In this document: positions 1 to 10,147 of the stretch, piece after piece | Layout: every line of letters starts with the position of its first letter | Position numbering within the stretch: the first letter of the stretch is position 1 | NCBI GenBank assembly: GCA_036276755.1 | Contig: DASUOG010000018.1 | Location: 1 to 52,700 of the forward strand | Length of the DNA stretch: 52,700 nt | Reading direction: 5' to 3' | Source of the DNA: Candidatus Saccharimonadales bacterium | Lineage (GTDB): Bacteria > Patescibacteriota > Saccharimonadia > Saccharimonadales > 2-12-FULL-41-12 | Notes under the pieces: generated by a model | What the model was told of the DNA's origin: nothing | Database searches by the model: none | The model's input: only the letters and a program-made list of their open reading frames with translations | Translations under genes and position numbers: made by a program

Positions 1-657
1 CCCAGTCCTTATATGTACTATATACATTTCGGGAAGCGCGAAGTCTTCGGTGCCAGTCCGGAATTGGTGGTGAGCTCGATCGACGGAAGCGTGTTGACGA
101 CGCCTACGGCCGGTACCGTCCGCCGCGGCAAGGATGAAAAAGAAGACAAGGAGCTGGCTCGCAGGTTACTGAACGATCCGAAGGAGCTGGCCGAACACGC
201 GATGCTGGTGGATCTGCACAGGAACGACATATCCAAAGTTTGCAAGTACGGTTCGGTGAAGGTCTCAGAACTGATGCATCTTATCAAGTTCAAATACGTG
301 CAGCATATCTGCAGCGACATCGTAGGCGAGTTACGACCGGATAAGAACAGCTTCGATCTTTTGAGCGGCATAATGCCCTGCGGCGTCCTGACCGGAGCGC
401 CCAAGATTGAGACGATGAAGATAATCGCGCGTAACGAGCAATATCCGCGCGGCCCGTACGGCGGCGCGGTAGGGCGCTTCAGCTTCAACGGTGACTGTGC
501 GTTCGCTATGCCGATACGCAGTCTTTTCTGCGGGGGAGATAACTGCTATAACCAAGCGTGCGGCGGCGTAGTTTTCGATTCGGTTCCGGAGGAGGAATAT
601 GACGAAATAGTAGCAAAACTCACCGGTATGGAACAGACGATAAAGGATGTAACATGA
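1..657 (+). CDS. trpE: Anthranilate synthase component I, C-terminal part (5' end lies outside the window)
   Basis: Frame is open from base 1 (PSPYMYY). Chorismate-binding motifs ASPE, PTAGT, KELAEHAMLVDLHRND, LTGAPK, RGPYGG; overlaps the trpG start and precedes trpD/C/F. Confidence 0.93.
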   Translation, partial: PSPYMYYIHFGKREVFGASPELVVSSIDGSVLTTPTAGTVRRGKDEKEDKELARRLLNDPKELAEHAMLVDLHRNDISKVCKYGSVKVSELMHLIKFKYVQHICSDIVGELRPDKNSFDLLSGIMPCGVLTGAPKIETMKIIARNEQYPRGPYGGAVGRFSFNGDCAFAMPIRSLFCGGDNCYNQACGGVVFDSVPEEEYDEIVAKLTGMEQTIKDVT

Positions 658-1286
658 AGATCCTAATCATTGACAACTACGACAGCTTTACTTACAACCT
701 TGAGCATCTGTTCGGGGCTTTGCCCGATGTATCGGTCGAAGTGGCGCGGAACGACGATGATTTTATACCGGAGCTGGAAAGCGGACATTTTGAAGGAGTG
801 GTCATCAGCCCCGGTCCGGGCAATCCTACCGACGAAAAATATTTCGGCCGGAACATGGAAGTAATTTCCCGTTTCGGCCCGGCCGGGTTGCCGATTTTAG
901 GAATCTGTTTAGGGTTTCAGGGGGTAGCAGCCGGGTTCGGAGCCACCCTCAAAGAAGCTTCTTTGCCCCACCATGGCAAGACCTCCGTACTCAAACTCTT
1001 AGGAAAAAGTCCGATCCTAAAAAACGTACCCGATCACATAAAGGTCATGCGTTACCATAGCTTGATGATCGATACGGACAAACCTTTGCCGGACGAGCTT
1101 TTGATACTGGCCGAAACCGATCCGGATTCGCTGAGCGTGCAAAAGAACGGCCGGGAAATCATGGCTCTGGAGCACAAAAGATACCCGATCTACGGCCTGC
1201 AGTTCCACCCGGAAAGTTACGCGACCGAGCTTGGTGACATCATCGCCGGCAACTTTATTAATATCATAAAGGGAAGTGGCAAATGA
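654..1286 (+). CDS. trpG: Anthranilate synthase component II (class I glutamine amidotransferase)
   Basis: IDNYDSFTYNL, ISPGPG, ILGICLG, MRYHSL, QFHPES; ATGA overlaps with both neighbours. Confidence 0.95.
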   Translation: MKILIIDNYDSFTYNLEHLFGALPDVSVEVARNDDDFIPELESGHFEGVVISPGPGNPTDEKYFGRNMEVISRFGPAGLPILGICLGFQGVAAGFGATLKEASLPHHGKTSVLKLLGKSPILKNVPDHIKVMRYHSLMIDTDKPLPDELLILAETDPDSLSVQKNGREIMALEHKRYPIYGLQFHPESYATELGDIIAGNFINIIKGSGK

Positions 1287-3499
1287 GAATCGTTGAATTT
1301 CTAAAAAAGACCGTGGCCGGCGACCTGTCCTTGGACGAACAGAAAGAATATCTTAGACAAAAGCCTTTCGGCAGTGCCGAGGAAATAGCCGAGGCGGTCG
1401 AATACTTGTATGAACAGATGGCCGAAGTCCCGAAACTGGAAGACGGGGTAGATATTTGCGGCACCGGGGGTTCCGGTCTGCCAAGGCTGAATACCAGTAC
1501 CATCAGCGCGTTCATCCTGGCCGGAGCCGGAGTAAAGGTCGCAAAGCATGGCAATAACGCGGCCAGTGGGAATTTCGGAAGTTTTGATTTGCTCAGCGCA
1601 CTTGATATACCGATAAACCTATCGTCTGAGCAGCTTCAACTCAGGTATAACAGATATAATCTGGCATTTTTGTATGCCAAGAGCTTCCATCCCGCCATGC
1701 GGTTTTTTGGACCGGTCAGATCGGAGATGGACAAACCGACTTTCTTTAATATCTTAGGGCCGCTGCTTAGTCCGGTGAAGGCAAAGAGACAACTTATCGG
1801 TACTACGAGATTGGAATATGCTCGGATTATCGCTGAAGTTTCAAGGATATTGGGCAAAAAGCGGGTAGTGGTAGCCGTGGGCAGCGACGGATTGGACGAA
1901 GTTACATTGTGCGGGCGTACGCACGTCGTAGAGTTAGATGACGGCAAGATTAAAGAATATGAACTAAACCCTGCTGATTTCGGGATCAAGGCGGCGCGCG
2001 ACTTTTCCGAAATAGCTACCAAAGACCCCGAAGATAATATCCGGATTGCGAACTTGATTCTGGACGGCAAGGAAAAAACCCGCCGGACGGATTTGGTACT
2101 GGTGAATGCGGCATTGGCACTATATGTCGCCGGTAAAACCTATGATTTGCGCGAAGCTTATAAACTGGCCGAACGTACGCTTAAAACCGGCAAAGCCAAG
2201 GAAATCCTGCAAAATTATCGTCTGCCGAGCGCGCTAGCGAACATCGCAGCCCGCGATAAGAAACGAGATTTTACCGCCGCCGGCAAATTGCCGGAAGCCG
2301 GCAAGAGATACTCCGGCGGCCTGATTGCCGAAATAAAACGTGCCAGCCCCAGCGAAGGGCTGATAAATACCACGATAGACATAGCCGAACAAGCCCGTTT
2401 GTATGAGCAGGCGGGGGCTTCGGCGATCAGCGTGTTGTGCGAACCAGAAGACTTCGGTGGCAGTTTCGAAGATTTGAAGCTGGTCAGGAAGACGGTCAAC
2501 CTACCTTTGTTATGTAAGGATTTTATCTTCAGAAAAGAACATATCTACAAGGCGAAATCCTCCGGTGCGGACATAGTGCTTTTAATAGCGGCCATCTTGG
2601 ATGAAGAACAGCTTTTCAAGCTCCATGATTATGCTAAGAGCCTAGGGCTGCAATCGATAGTGGAGGTTCACGACCGAAACGAGCTGCGAAAAGCCCTGAA
2701 ACTGAAACCGGAAATTATCGGGGTCAATTCCCGAAACCTGCATGACTTTTCCCTCAATCCGGAAATCTTTACCGAACTGGCTAAACATATTCCGGCCGGT
2801 ACTGTAGCGATCGCTGAAAGCGGCATCGGCGGTTATCGGGACATCCCGAAGGATTACGAAGGCGTCCTGGTCGGAACCGTGCTTATGAAACACCAGTTTC
2901 CGCAGCTGAAAATCAAGGAACTTACCGGCCGGCCGCTTTTGAAACTGTGCGGTATGCGAAGGACGGAAAACGCCAAATTATGCGAAAAACTCGGTGTGGA
3001 TATGATCGGAATCAATTTCGTATCGCGCAGCCACCGCCAAGTATCAATCGAGGAGGCCAAACAACTCGTTGCCGCTTGTGATAACACTATCCCGGTCGGC
3101 GTGTTCGAAAACCAGACCCCGGAGGAAGTCAATGAAATCGCCAAGAAAACCGGTGTCAGGGCAATCCAGCTTTCCGGAGAGGAAAAAGATTTGCAAAGCT
3201 ATAACTTGCCAATTATCAAGACCGTAAGGCTTGGCGAAAAGCGGCCGGACGGAGCATTTTTGACCATAATCGACAATTCCATAGCCGGCTCTGGCAAAAA
3301 AATAGATCATAGCAAGTTAGAAAAGTTCGAACCCAGCCTGATCGCCGGCGGCATAGATTTAGCGACAGCTGAAAATTTATTTAAAAATAAATTCCCCCTG
3401 GGTATTGATACGGCGAGCGGGATCGAGACCGACGGTAAAGTGGATCCCGGCAAGCTCAAAGCGATGAGCGCGCTAGCCGCCTCCGTTAAATATGAGTGA
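1283..3499 (+). CDS. trpD: Trifunctional fusion: anthranilate phosphoribosyltransferase (TrpD) + indole-3-glycerol-phosphate synthase (TrpC) + phosphoribosylanthranilate isomerase (TrpF)
   Basis: One 738-aa ORF. TrpD motifs DICGTGG, NTST, VAKHGN, DGLDE; TrpC motifs IAEIKRASPS, LCKDFI, VEVH, GVNSRNL, AESGI; TrpF motifs LKLCGM, VGVF, IQLSG, IAGGI, GIDTASGIE. Confidence 0.92.
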   Translation: MRIVEFLKKTVAGDLSLDEQKEYLRQKPFGSAEEIAEAVEYLYEQMAEVPKLEDGVDICGTGGSGLPRLNTSTISAFILAGAGVKVAKHGNNAASGNFGSFDLLSALDIPINLSSEQLQLRYNRYNLAFLYAKSFHPAMRFFGPVRSEMDKPTFFNILGPLLSPVKAKRQLIGTTRLEYARIIAEVSRILGKKRVVVAVGSDGLDEVTLCGRTHVVELDDGKIKEYELNPADFGIKAARDFSEIATKDPEDNIRIANLILDGKEKTRRTDLVLVNAALALYVAGKTYDLREAYKLAERTLKTGKAKEILQNYRLPSALANIAARDKKRDFTAAGKLPEAGKRYSGGLIAEIKRASPSEGLINTTIDIAEQARLYEQAGASAISVLCEPEDFGGSFEDLKLVRKTVNLPLLCKDFIFRKEHIYKAKSSGADIVLLIAAILDEEQLFKLHDYAKSLGLQSIVEVHDRNELRKALKLKPEIIGVNSRNLHDFSLNPEIFTELAKHIPAGTVAIAESGIGGYRDIPKDYEGVLVGTVLMKHQFPQLKIKELTGRPLLKLCGMRRTENAKLCEKLGVDMIGINFVSRSHRQVSIEEAKQLVAACDNTIPVGVFENQTPEEVNEIAKKTGVRAIQLSGEEKDLQSYNLPIIKTVRLGEKRPDGAFLTIIDNSIAGSGKKIDHSKLEKFEPSLIAGGIDLATAENLFKNKFPLGIDTASGIETDGKVDPGKLKAMSALAASVKYE

Positions 3500-3554
3500 T
3501 TTGGACAAACTTCCTGTAACCGGATAATATACTTAATAATCTTAGGGGGTAGTC

Positions 3555-4436
3555 ATGCCGGACAAGGACGAAAAAGAAATCCAGCACAAGGGGCAGTATG
3601 ACGATGAATCCGAGGAACCGGGCTATGACATGCCGCCTATCAAGGTTCCAAAAGACGTACCGCAGGAACATCTATCCTCGCCGATGCCGTCCTCTCCGGT
3701 GGAAAAGGCTCCGAAATCGGAAATATTTAAGAGATTATTTTATCTGCTGCTGGCTATACCGGCCATCGCCATCGTGGGCATTGCCGCCTGGAAACTGATT
3801 CCCGATCAAAAAGATGACCAAGCCGCGCCGGCGCAAACCGCCGGACAAACCCCGGGCGAAACCGAACCGGCGGACCCTATCGCCCTTGCCCTGGGCAATA
3901 GTGATTTGACTGAAACTTATCAAAGCGAATTTTTGCTGCTATCGATGAAGCACCCGGCGTCATGGAAAGTCAGCGAAAAGGACAATTATATAATCGTCAA
4001 ATCTCCGGAATTCGATCTGCAGGATAACAGCGGCGTGGAGTCTAAAAGTTATTTTAAGATTTATATAAAAAGAGGCACTGACGCCGGTGACGGGAAATAT
4101 CTAGGCAAGGGTTATGCGGTCGCGCCATCTGAAAAAATCAGTTATTCCGATCCCGCGGAGAGTCAGCGCAAGGAGACGTTTCTGACCGATTTCGGATTGG
4201 AGTCACCGGATAATTTCGGTTATTTCGTGATTCAGGGGACATTCAATTTAAAAAAGGGCGATACGCTCGGTCCTAATTTCGCGAACGAGCCGGAAGCATT
4301 CCTGCTTGCCGGCGGGTTTGCCAGCGACCAGCAGCGTGGCAACCTGGAAACCCGGCCAGCGCCGCTGGATTCATATAAGGACAATCTGGCTTATGTCACC
4401 GCGGTCGAAATAATCAAAAGCGTCCAGCTGAGATAA
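3555..4436 (+). CDS. Hypothetical single-pass membrane protein with extracytoplasmic domain
   Basis: 293-aa ORF; acidic Pro-rich N-terminus, one hydrophobic segment (LFYLLLAIPAIAIVGIAAW), HPASW motif; GGGGGT upstream. Confidence 0.75.
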   Translation: MPDKDEKEIQHKGQYDDESEEPGYDMPPIKVPKDVPQEHLSSPMPSSPVEKAPKSEIFKRLFYLLLAIPAIAIVGIAAWKLIPDQKDDQAAPAQTAGQTPGETEPADPIALALGNSDLTETYQSEFLLLSMKHPASWKVSEKDNYIIVKSPEFDLQDNSGVESKSYFKIYIKRGTDAGDGKYLGKGYAVAPSEKISYSDPAESQRKETFLTDFGLESPDNFGYFVIQGTFNLKKGDTLGPNFANEPEAFLLAGGFASDQQRGNLETRPAPLDSYKDNLAYVTAVEIIKSVQLR

Positions 4437-5210
4437 TCATCCATTGATGCACTTGAGAAGCGCCGCATGCGCTGTGCCGTTTGAAATCACGGCTCCTTTG
4501 AACGGTTTGGTATAGTCCAGTTCCTTACCGTCGTAAGCCGTTACTCTGCCTCCGGCCTCTTCAACCACGACCTGTACGGCGGCGATATCGTGTGCGTTTA
4601 TATCTTCTTCAAAGTATCCGACTACCCTGCCGTGGGCTACCAGGCAGGATTTGAACACGGCTCCATAAACAGCATCTATCTTAGCGCCGGCGGCGGAAAG
4701 ATTCTCTATAAGGTGCGGTTTTTTAACGGCTTTTTCCATGGCGCTGGAAACGACGACGTAATGGCCGTTAACACCGTGTTTGGACGCTGCAAGTTTCTCT
4801 TCGTTGCAATAGCTGCCTTGGCCTTTTATGCCCCAGTACAACCTATCCAAAAATGGATCATATGCTACGCCTAAAACCGGCGAACCGTCAACTACTAAGC
4901 CCAAGGAAAACATAGCCGTAGGCACACCGATGACGAAGGCCTTGGTCCCATCAATCGGATCACAAAACCACTTCCGCCCCGGTCCGTATTCGCTGGTGCT
5001 CTCTTCTTCGCCGATGACGCCATCGTCAAAATGTTTACTAAGCTCGGCAATCACAAGGGAATTTATTTTTTTATCGGCAATGGTTACTTCACTGGCTTCA
5101 GCCGGGTCCGGCTTGTGTTCCAGCTCCTGTTCACCGTCGAAGTATTCGAGCATTATCTTGCCTGCTTTTTCGGCGATTAATTTTGCTACCTTGAGCTCTT
5201 GTTGATACAT
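4437..5210 (-). CDS. Inositol monophosphatase family protein
   Basis: VTIAD, IGEE, DPIDGT(K)AF, HDIAA motifs. Start moved to MYQQELK (5210), which follows a TATAAT. Confidence 0.9.
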   Translation of the reverse strand: MYQQELKVAKLIAEKAGKIMLEYFDGEQELEHKPDPAEASEVTIADKKINSLVIAELSKHFDDGVIGEEESTSEYGPGRKWFCDPIDGTKAFVIGVPTAMFSLGLVVDGSPVLGVAYDPFLDRLYWGIKGQGSYCNEEKLAASKHGVNGHYVVVSSAMEKAVKKPHLIENLSAAGAKIDAVYGAVFKSCLVAHGRVVGYFEEDINAHDIAAVQVVVEEAGGRVTAYDGKELDYTKPFKGAVISNGTAHAALLKCING

Positions 5211-5295
5211 TACCTTATCTACATTATATCCTAAGCCAGGATTAACGGTAAAACTGTATTGAATTTTAATCAATAAAATTATATAATTTGTCAAT

Positions 5296-6177
5296 ATGAT
5301 AAAAGTCGGGCCGGAAGTATCGCTAGAGAATTATCCAGCAGTCTATGACTTCTTTGATGAGCAGACGATAAGCGGGAAAATAGCTAATTTTGCGCATAAT
5401 GTTTTCCGCATCGGGTACAGCCCGGAGGTGGAGTATATAGGTGATGCCGAACAGCAGATTAAAGAACATTTTGGAGAGGATGGAATAGCGATGCTTACCT
5501 CGACCCATGGATTGCTTGATGATCCGTTTGTGCTGGCATCAATAGCAAAAAGGGAAAAAGTTCTCAGACCTTTGGTCAAAAATACGGTAATTCCAGCCAA
5601 AGAGGCCATATTCAACATGGCCAAGAACCTGCCAATAGTCAAAAACGGAGTCAATAAACTTATGCGGGTGGTGCTGGATAATTTCATCGCCTTGCCTACT
5701 TTTCGTGATAGAGATTATCCGCTTGAGGAAATGCCTGAAGGGGAAAGAGAACAAACTGAGGAATCCTTGCGGGGTGCAAATTCCAGACTTATTGATCGGT
5801 GCGTGGACAGTTTGGATGATGAAGAAAATCTGGCGATATTCCCAGAGGGACACAGGGGAGATGACCCTGATGAGATACAGGAACTCAAGACGGGCATGAT
5901 CAGGATGGCCCGCCGGACCAAGAACCAAGATAGACTCTTTTTCATACCTGTAGACATACGTTATAGACACGAAAGAAAATTGCGTCGAAAAGAAGGTGAA
6001 AGCAAGCTAGCATTTACCGGAAGGCAGATAAGCAACCTGCTTAAGAGGCGCCGGCCCTATGTCGCAATCGGCGAAGTCGTGTCTATAGTATCATCCGACA
6101 AAGAACTACTAAAACTGGTAAAGAATGGCCTCCAGGAATGCGTGTACAGAACAAAAGAAATGGAAGCCGCGGCCTAA
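5296..6177 (+). CDS. PlsC-like glycerolipid acyltransferase family protein
   Basis: THGLLDD (HxxxxD), PAKE, IFPEGHR, FIPVDI motifs; TTGAAT-17-TATAAT promoter upstream. Confidence 0.75.
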   Translation: MIKVGPEVSLENYPAVYDFFDEQTISGKIANFAHNVFRIGYSPEVEYIGDAEQQIKEHFGEDGIAMLTSTHGLLDDPFVLASIAKREKVLRPLVKNTVIPAKEAIFNMAKNLPIVKNGVNKLMRVVLDNFIALPTFRDRDYPLEEMPEGEREQTEESLRGANSRLIDRCVDSLDDEENLAIFPEGHRGDDPDEIQELKTGMIRMARRTKNQDRLFFIPVDIRYRHERKLRRKEGESKLAFTGRQISNLLKRRRPYVAIGEVVSIVSSDKELLKLVKNGLQECVYRTKEMEAAA

Positions 6178-6315
6178 CCAAATCAAAAAACATTGTCCGG
6201 CCGGCATACCGAAACAAGTGCCCGATGTTTTAGTTTTTAGCGGAAGATTTTTTCTTGTCCCACCGATCTAAATAATGGTTGCTCCTGTAGATTAGCGAGC
6301 TTTATAAAAACAAAA

Positions 6316-6364
6316 GTACCCGCTCCTGAGCTGGCCGGCCATGGCGGCCGGTTTGAACGGGTAC
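6316..6364 (-). terminator. Long GC-rich hairpin followed by a U-tract on the minus strand; probable terminator of the DUF308 gene
   Basis: GTACCCG...CGGGTAC outer stem with GCTGGCCG/CGGCCGGT inner stem; AAAAACAAAA precedes it on the + strand. Confidence 0.55.
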
Positions 6365-6373
6365 CTTATGGTG

Positions 6374-6925
6374 TTATTTTTTGCTTATGTCCAGCGCCAG
6401 CGCTACCATCAAAGGTCCGGCCAAAAGTGCGTACAGACCAAGGATCCATACGAAGGCCACGCCGCTGCTTTCCGGCTGGAACAGCAGGACTACTCCGGCA
6501 ACGACTGCCAATGCACCGGTCAAAGTAGTAGCGGTCCTATACATATTGCTCGTATCCGCTTCGAACAGTCCGTTGAACAGTTCGACCAGACCGCGCAGGA
6601 TCAGCACGAAACCGATCAATAGTATCAACGTAGAAAACGCAACGCCGATATGGCGGAGCAGATACACACCTACGCCGATTTCCGCGATACCCAATACTAC
6701 GGTGAGTACCAGCGAAAGTACCGAATTCCTTTCCCGGCTTGCGTCGATCAAGCCCATTACTAGTGTTACCAGGCCGCTTGCCAGCACAAATGCGCTGAAT
6801 AAATACACCAGTGTAACCAGTGTAATACCGGGCCAGAAGACTGCGGCGATGCCGAATAAAATAGCGACAATACCGCGAAGAGCCAAAGCGTTGCTCACAC
6901 GCTTAGCATCTACTTGAGTTGCCAT
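6374..6925 (-). CDS. HdeD/DUF308 family membrane protein
   Basis: LRGIVAILFGIAAVFWPGITL and a duplicated hydrophobic unit; strong SD AAGGAGG. Confidence 0.85.
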   Translation of the reverse strand: MATQVDAKRVSNALALRGIVAILFGIAAVFWPGITLVTLVYLFSAFVLASGLVTLVMGLIDASRERNSVLSLVLTVVLGIAEIGVGVYLLRHIGVAFSTLILLIGFVLILRGLVELFNGLFEADTSNMYRTATTLTGALAVVAGVVLLFQPESSGVAFVWILGLYALLAGPLMVALALDISKK

Positions 6926-7032
6926 AGCACCCTCCTTTATTTTTCTCCCACGCCTGGCAATATAATCTTATCGTTTAGTTACAATGTCAATGCCGTCTGT
7001 GGATAAATGTAGTATCAAAAACCTTGTCCGGG

Positions 7033-7995
7033 CTATTTAGCTGCGAAATACTCGATGATTTCCCGGAATTTTATCGGGTTGTAATCATTAGGAAGGCGAT
7101 CCAAAGCGACTAATGCCGCAGCGACATGCAAGGCGATTTTGTCCTTGCAGCCTTGCTCGCCGAGAACCTCATAGTAAGTAGGCCGCTGGTTTTTGACGTC
7201 CTGACCGGCCGGTTTACCCAGTTCCTCGGTAGTCGCCGTTATGTCCCGGAGGTCATCCTTCACCTGATAGGCGATTCCGGCATGATAAGAATATTCCTTT
7301 AGGATATCGATTATCTCGTCCGGTAATTCCCCGATAATAGCACTGCCGACTATACTCATCGCTATGGCCTGTCCGGTTTTAAGGTCTGTTATCCTGTCGA
7401 GTTCTTTCTCTGTAACTTCGTTCGGTTCCCGGCCGAAAGTCTTAAGATCCAGCCTCTGTCCCTGTGCCATTCCGCGGCTGCCAAGCCGGCTCCAGATAGA
7501 GCGGCTAAGTTGTCCACTGATTTCGCGGTGGCTTTCAGCGCCGCCCAGTATATTACCGGCGTCAGCAAGCAGGGCTATGCCATCGTTCTGGGCCAGGCCT
7601 TCGCCGAATTTTTTATGAAGCGCTTCTTTACCACGCCGTATGTCACTGTCATCCTGAGCCGGTAGATCATCGAAGATCAGCGATGCGGTATGGACGAGTT
7701 CGGTCGCTAGCGCCAGATCGTCCAGCTCGGTCCGCGGAATACCGAATGTGTCGCCGGTCATATAAGTCAATGCCGGCCGGATACGATTGGCTTTTTTGCT
7801 TATCAGGCTATGGGACAATTCCGTTCTGATATCGCTCGGTAAGGCGGCGAGATAGTCAGCGATCCGCCGGCCTACGCGCTCTTGTACACCGGCCATGTAT
7901 TCAGGTAATGATAATCCAAGTTCCGGTGTAGCTTGCGGTGCGGCTTGTTTTTCCCTCATGAATTCGAACCCCATTAATCCTGTTTCATCTGCCAT
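7033..7995 (-). CDS. Polyprenyl diphosphate synthase (IspA/GGPP synthase family)
   Basis: RIRP, ELVHTASLIFDDLPAQDDSDIRRG, GQRLD, KTG, YQVKDD, GKPAGQD. Confidence 0.92.
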   Translation of the reverse strand: MADETGLMGFEFMREKQAAPQATPELGLSLPEYMAGVQERVGRRIADYLAALPSDIRTELSHSLISKKANRIRPALTYMTGDTFGIPRTELDDLALATELVHTASLIFDDLPAQDDSDIRRGKEALHKKFGEGLAQNDGIALLADAGNILGGAESHREISGQLSRSIWSRLGSRGMAQGQRLDLKTFGREPNEVTEKELDRITDLKTGQAIAMSIVGSAIIGELPDEIIDILKEYSYHAGIAYQVKDDLRDITATTEELGKPAGQDVKNQRPTYYEVLGEQGCKDKIALHVAAALVALDRLPNDYNPIKFREIIEYFAAK

Positions 7996-8100
7996 AATAA
8001 CTTTTTTTGGTTAGACTTGTATGTTTAAAAGATTACCGGATTATTGCATCATTGCAATCATTAGAATAATCCGGGCATGCAAATCCGTCTCCCTGCGCGG

Positions 8101-9099
8101 TCAATGAGTTACCGATCCGGTGGCCGGAACAGCCGCAAACCAGCTATCTCCGCGGTTAAGCGGTACTTCCTTGCCGGTTGCATCGATTATCATTAATCGT
8201 TTGTCGTAACTTGTCTGTTTCCACTTGGCTTTTTGCACGGTGCCGTTTTTAAATACCAGGGCCTCACCGTTCGATAACGTCTTGATCTTTGCTGTGGGCA
8301 TCTTTAGGACTATCAGGTTTTTTACGGTTATCGGTTTGCCTGAGGCCTTGTCGATGTGCGGCTGGCCGCCCAGGTAACGAACATATGAATTTTTGGACTT
8401 GTCATATCGGAACTCCGCTATGAATAACGGGCTGGAAAAATTAACCGTTATTTTAGTAGCATCAGGTTCCTGTCTTGGATTGTCGCTGCTCCGGGGTATC
8501 GCGCTGAAACTGCTTTTTTCATGGTCCAGCTTTTCCTGCAGTTCCCTGAGGTCTTTTGTCCGGGCGTACATATTATGCGGAGCCGCCCGGCTATTGTCGC
8601 GATAGTAAGGCTCGGTGTATTTGAACTGACTCAGAGTCTTGGCATCGCGGTCTTCGATGGCATCCAAAGCCTCGGCGCTGCCGCCGACATGAGCGACTGA
8701 AGCCTCGAATCCCATCAACCAGTCAACGAAATGCGGCCGTACGCTTCTGACCGGCCCGACTATTTCCGGCATCTTTTCCTGATACAAGGCCAGGTAGCGG
8801 GTAATGCCGCCTTCGGTAACCGTCTCAAAAACTATACCGGCCGAATCAAGTCCGGTCTGCGGCCGGGCTTGCTCGGAATTCTCGATCATAATTCCAAGTA
8901 TCGGTCTCTCGGCAAGCTCACGGTCTACTTCCAGTCCGGTAAGCTGTGAATAATAAACGGTTTTAGCTTCTTCCTGAGGTGTTTCTTTGTCGAACGCTCC
9001 TAAGCCGTAAGCCGCGGCCAGCGCGATGATGATTAAAAGCAAACCGCCGGCAATCAAACGGCGGCGCCTGGTTCTAAGTAAGCGCTTCAATCTTTTCAC
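8101..9099 (-). CDS. DUF3048 domain membrane-anchored protein
   Basis: MIENS..ARPQTGL, EGGITR, GPVRSVR, HVGGS, APHNMY. Start set at GTG 9099, 7 nt after TAAAAT. Confidence 0.85.
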   Translation of the reverse strand: MKRLKRLLRTRRRRLIAGGLLLIIIALAAAYGLGAFDKETPQEEAKTVYYSQLTGLEVDRELAERPILGIMIENSEQARPQTGLDSAGIVFETVTEGGITRYLALYQEKMPEIVGPVRSVRPHFVDWLMGFEASVAHVGGSAEALDAIEDRDAKTLSQFKYTEPYYRDNSRAAPHNMYARTKDLRELQEKLDHEKSSFSAIPRSSDNPRQEPDATKITVNFSSPLFIAEFRYDKSKNSYVRYLGGQPHIDKASGKPITVKNLIVLKMPTAKIKTLSNGEALVFKNGTVQKAKWKQTSYDKRLMIIDATGKEVPLNRGDSWFAAVPATGSVTH

Positions 9100-9251
9100 A
9101 GCTATTATTTTAATGCATCGGGCCCGGTTTGTCCGTATTTTCCACTGCCAAATAAACAACGTTAGTAACTTAAACCACAGACAGTATTTGCCAAGAGGAC
9201 TTATAATAAATGCAGGCCGGGAGGCCTTACTAGCACGAAGGGAACAAGCAG

Positions 9252-9908
9252 ATGAGCTACGTTGATCGGCAAGATGCAGGCAGGAAGTTGGCCCAAGCCC
9301 TGAAACGCTTCAGGGACGGGGATATTGTCGTACTTGCTTTGCCGCGCGGCGGGATTGTTCTTGGCGCCGAGGTCGCAAGAACGCTCAAAGTAACGCTTGA
9401 CGTAATAGGTGTGCGAAAAATCGGACACCCTTTTCATCCGGAATATGCCATTGGCGCCGTAGTCGGTGAGAACACGGCGGTTTATAACCGCAACGAATCG
9501 GCGGCGGTAGATAAATCCTGGCTGAAAAAGGCCGAGGCCGAAGCGCGGGAACTGATCAAAAAACGTGTTGATTTGTATTACCATGAAGACTTTCAACCAA
9601 TCGAAGTAAACGGCAAGACGGTAATACTGGTGGATGACGGTATAGCTACCGGACTGAGTATGCAGGCATCCGTCCGGGCGATGCGTGAACAGGGCGCCGA
9701 GAGGATCATAGTGGCCGTACCGGTAGCTCCCGCCGATAGCGTCGAAACATTGAAGACGCTCGCCGATGAAGTGGTGGTCCTGGATAACCCGGGTATGTTT
9801 CTGGGTGCCGTAGGTGCACATTATCAGCTGTTCGATCAGGTAGACGATGAGGAAGTAAAGGCATTGCTCAAGGAGGTGAACCATGAATTACAACGAGCCG
9901 TTGCCTAA
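9252..9908 (+). CDS. Phosphoribosyltransferase family protein
   Basis: DRQDAGRKLA, ALPRGG, VILVDDGIATG PRPP-binding motif, AVPVAP. Confidence 0.9.
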   Translation: MSYVDRQDAGRKLAQALKRFRDGDIVVLALPRGGIVLGAEVARTLKVTLDVIGVRKIGHPFHPEYAIGAVVGENTAVYNRNESAAVDKSWLKKAEAEARELIKKRVDLYYHEDFQPIEVNGKTVILVDDGIATGLSMQASVRAMREQGAERIIVAVPVAPADSVETLKTLADEVVVLDNPGMFLGAVGAHYQLFDQVDDEEVKALLKEVNHELQRAVA

Positions 9909-10146
9909 ATTAGAAGAGCTCGGACGGCTTTCGCAGGAAGTCGGTCGTTTTCCCATAGCTACGCGCAAGATAGTAAGCATAGCGCGTGAGTTGGATTACA
10001 GCGAAGAAGTTATCAATTTGTTGAAATTATTCCGCGGTGAATTCGAAAGCCGCGCCGACCTTTATGCCAGGACATCAGAGCTGGCATTGCTGATAAGCGA
10101 AGAACGGAAGCAGCCAAAAGAAGGAGTGCTTAGCCAGCAGGATTGA
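9883..10146 (+). CDS. Small protein, DUF2795-like
   Basis: 87 aa; FP.T...V..AR.....EEVI..L...EFESRADL pattern; strong SD AAGGAGG. Confidence 0.55.
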   Translation: MNYNEPLPKLEELGRLSQEVGRFPIATRKIVSIARELDYSEEVINLLKLFRGEFESRADLYARTSELALLISEERKQPKEGVLSQQD

Positions 10147-10147
10147 G

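Noticed and set aside
6341..6917. + strand ORFs of 93 and 178 aa
   Set aside because: Antisense to the DUF308 gene, which has a strong SD and family-like sequence.
9201..9884. 227-aa minus-strand ORF
   Set aside because: Antisense shadow of the clearly identifiable phosphoribosyltransferase.
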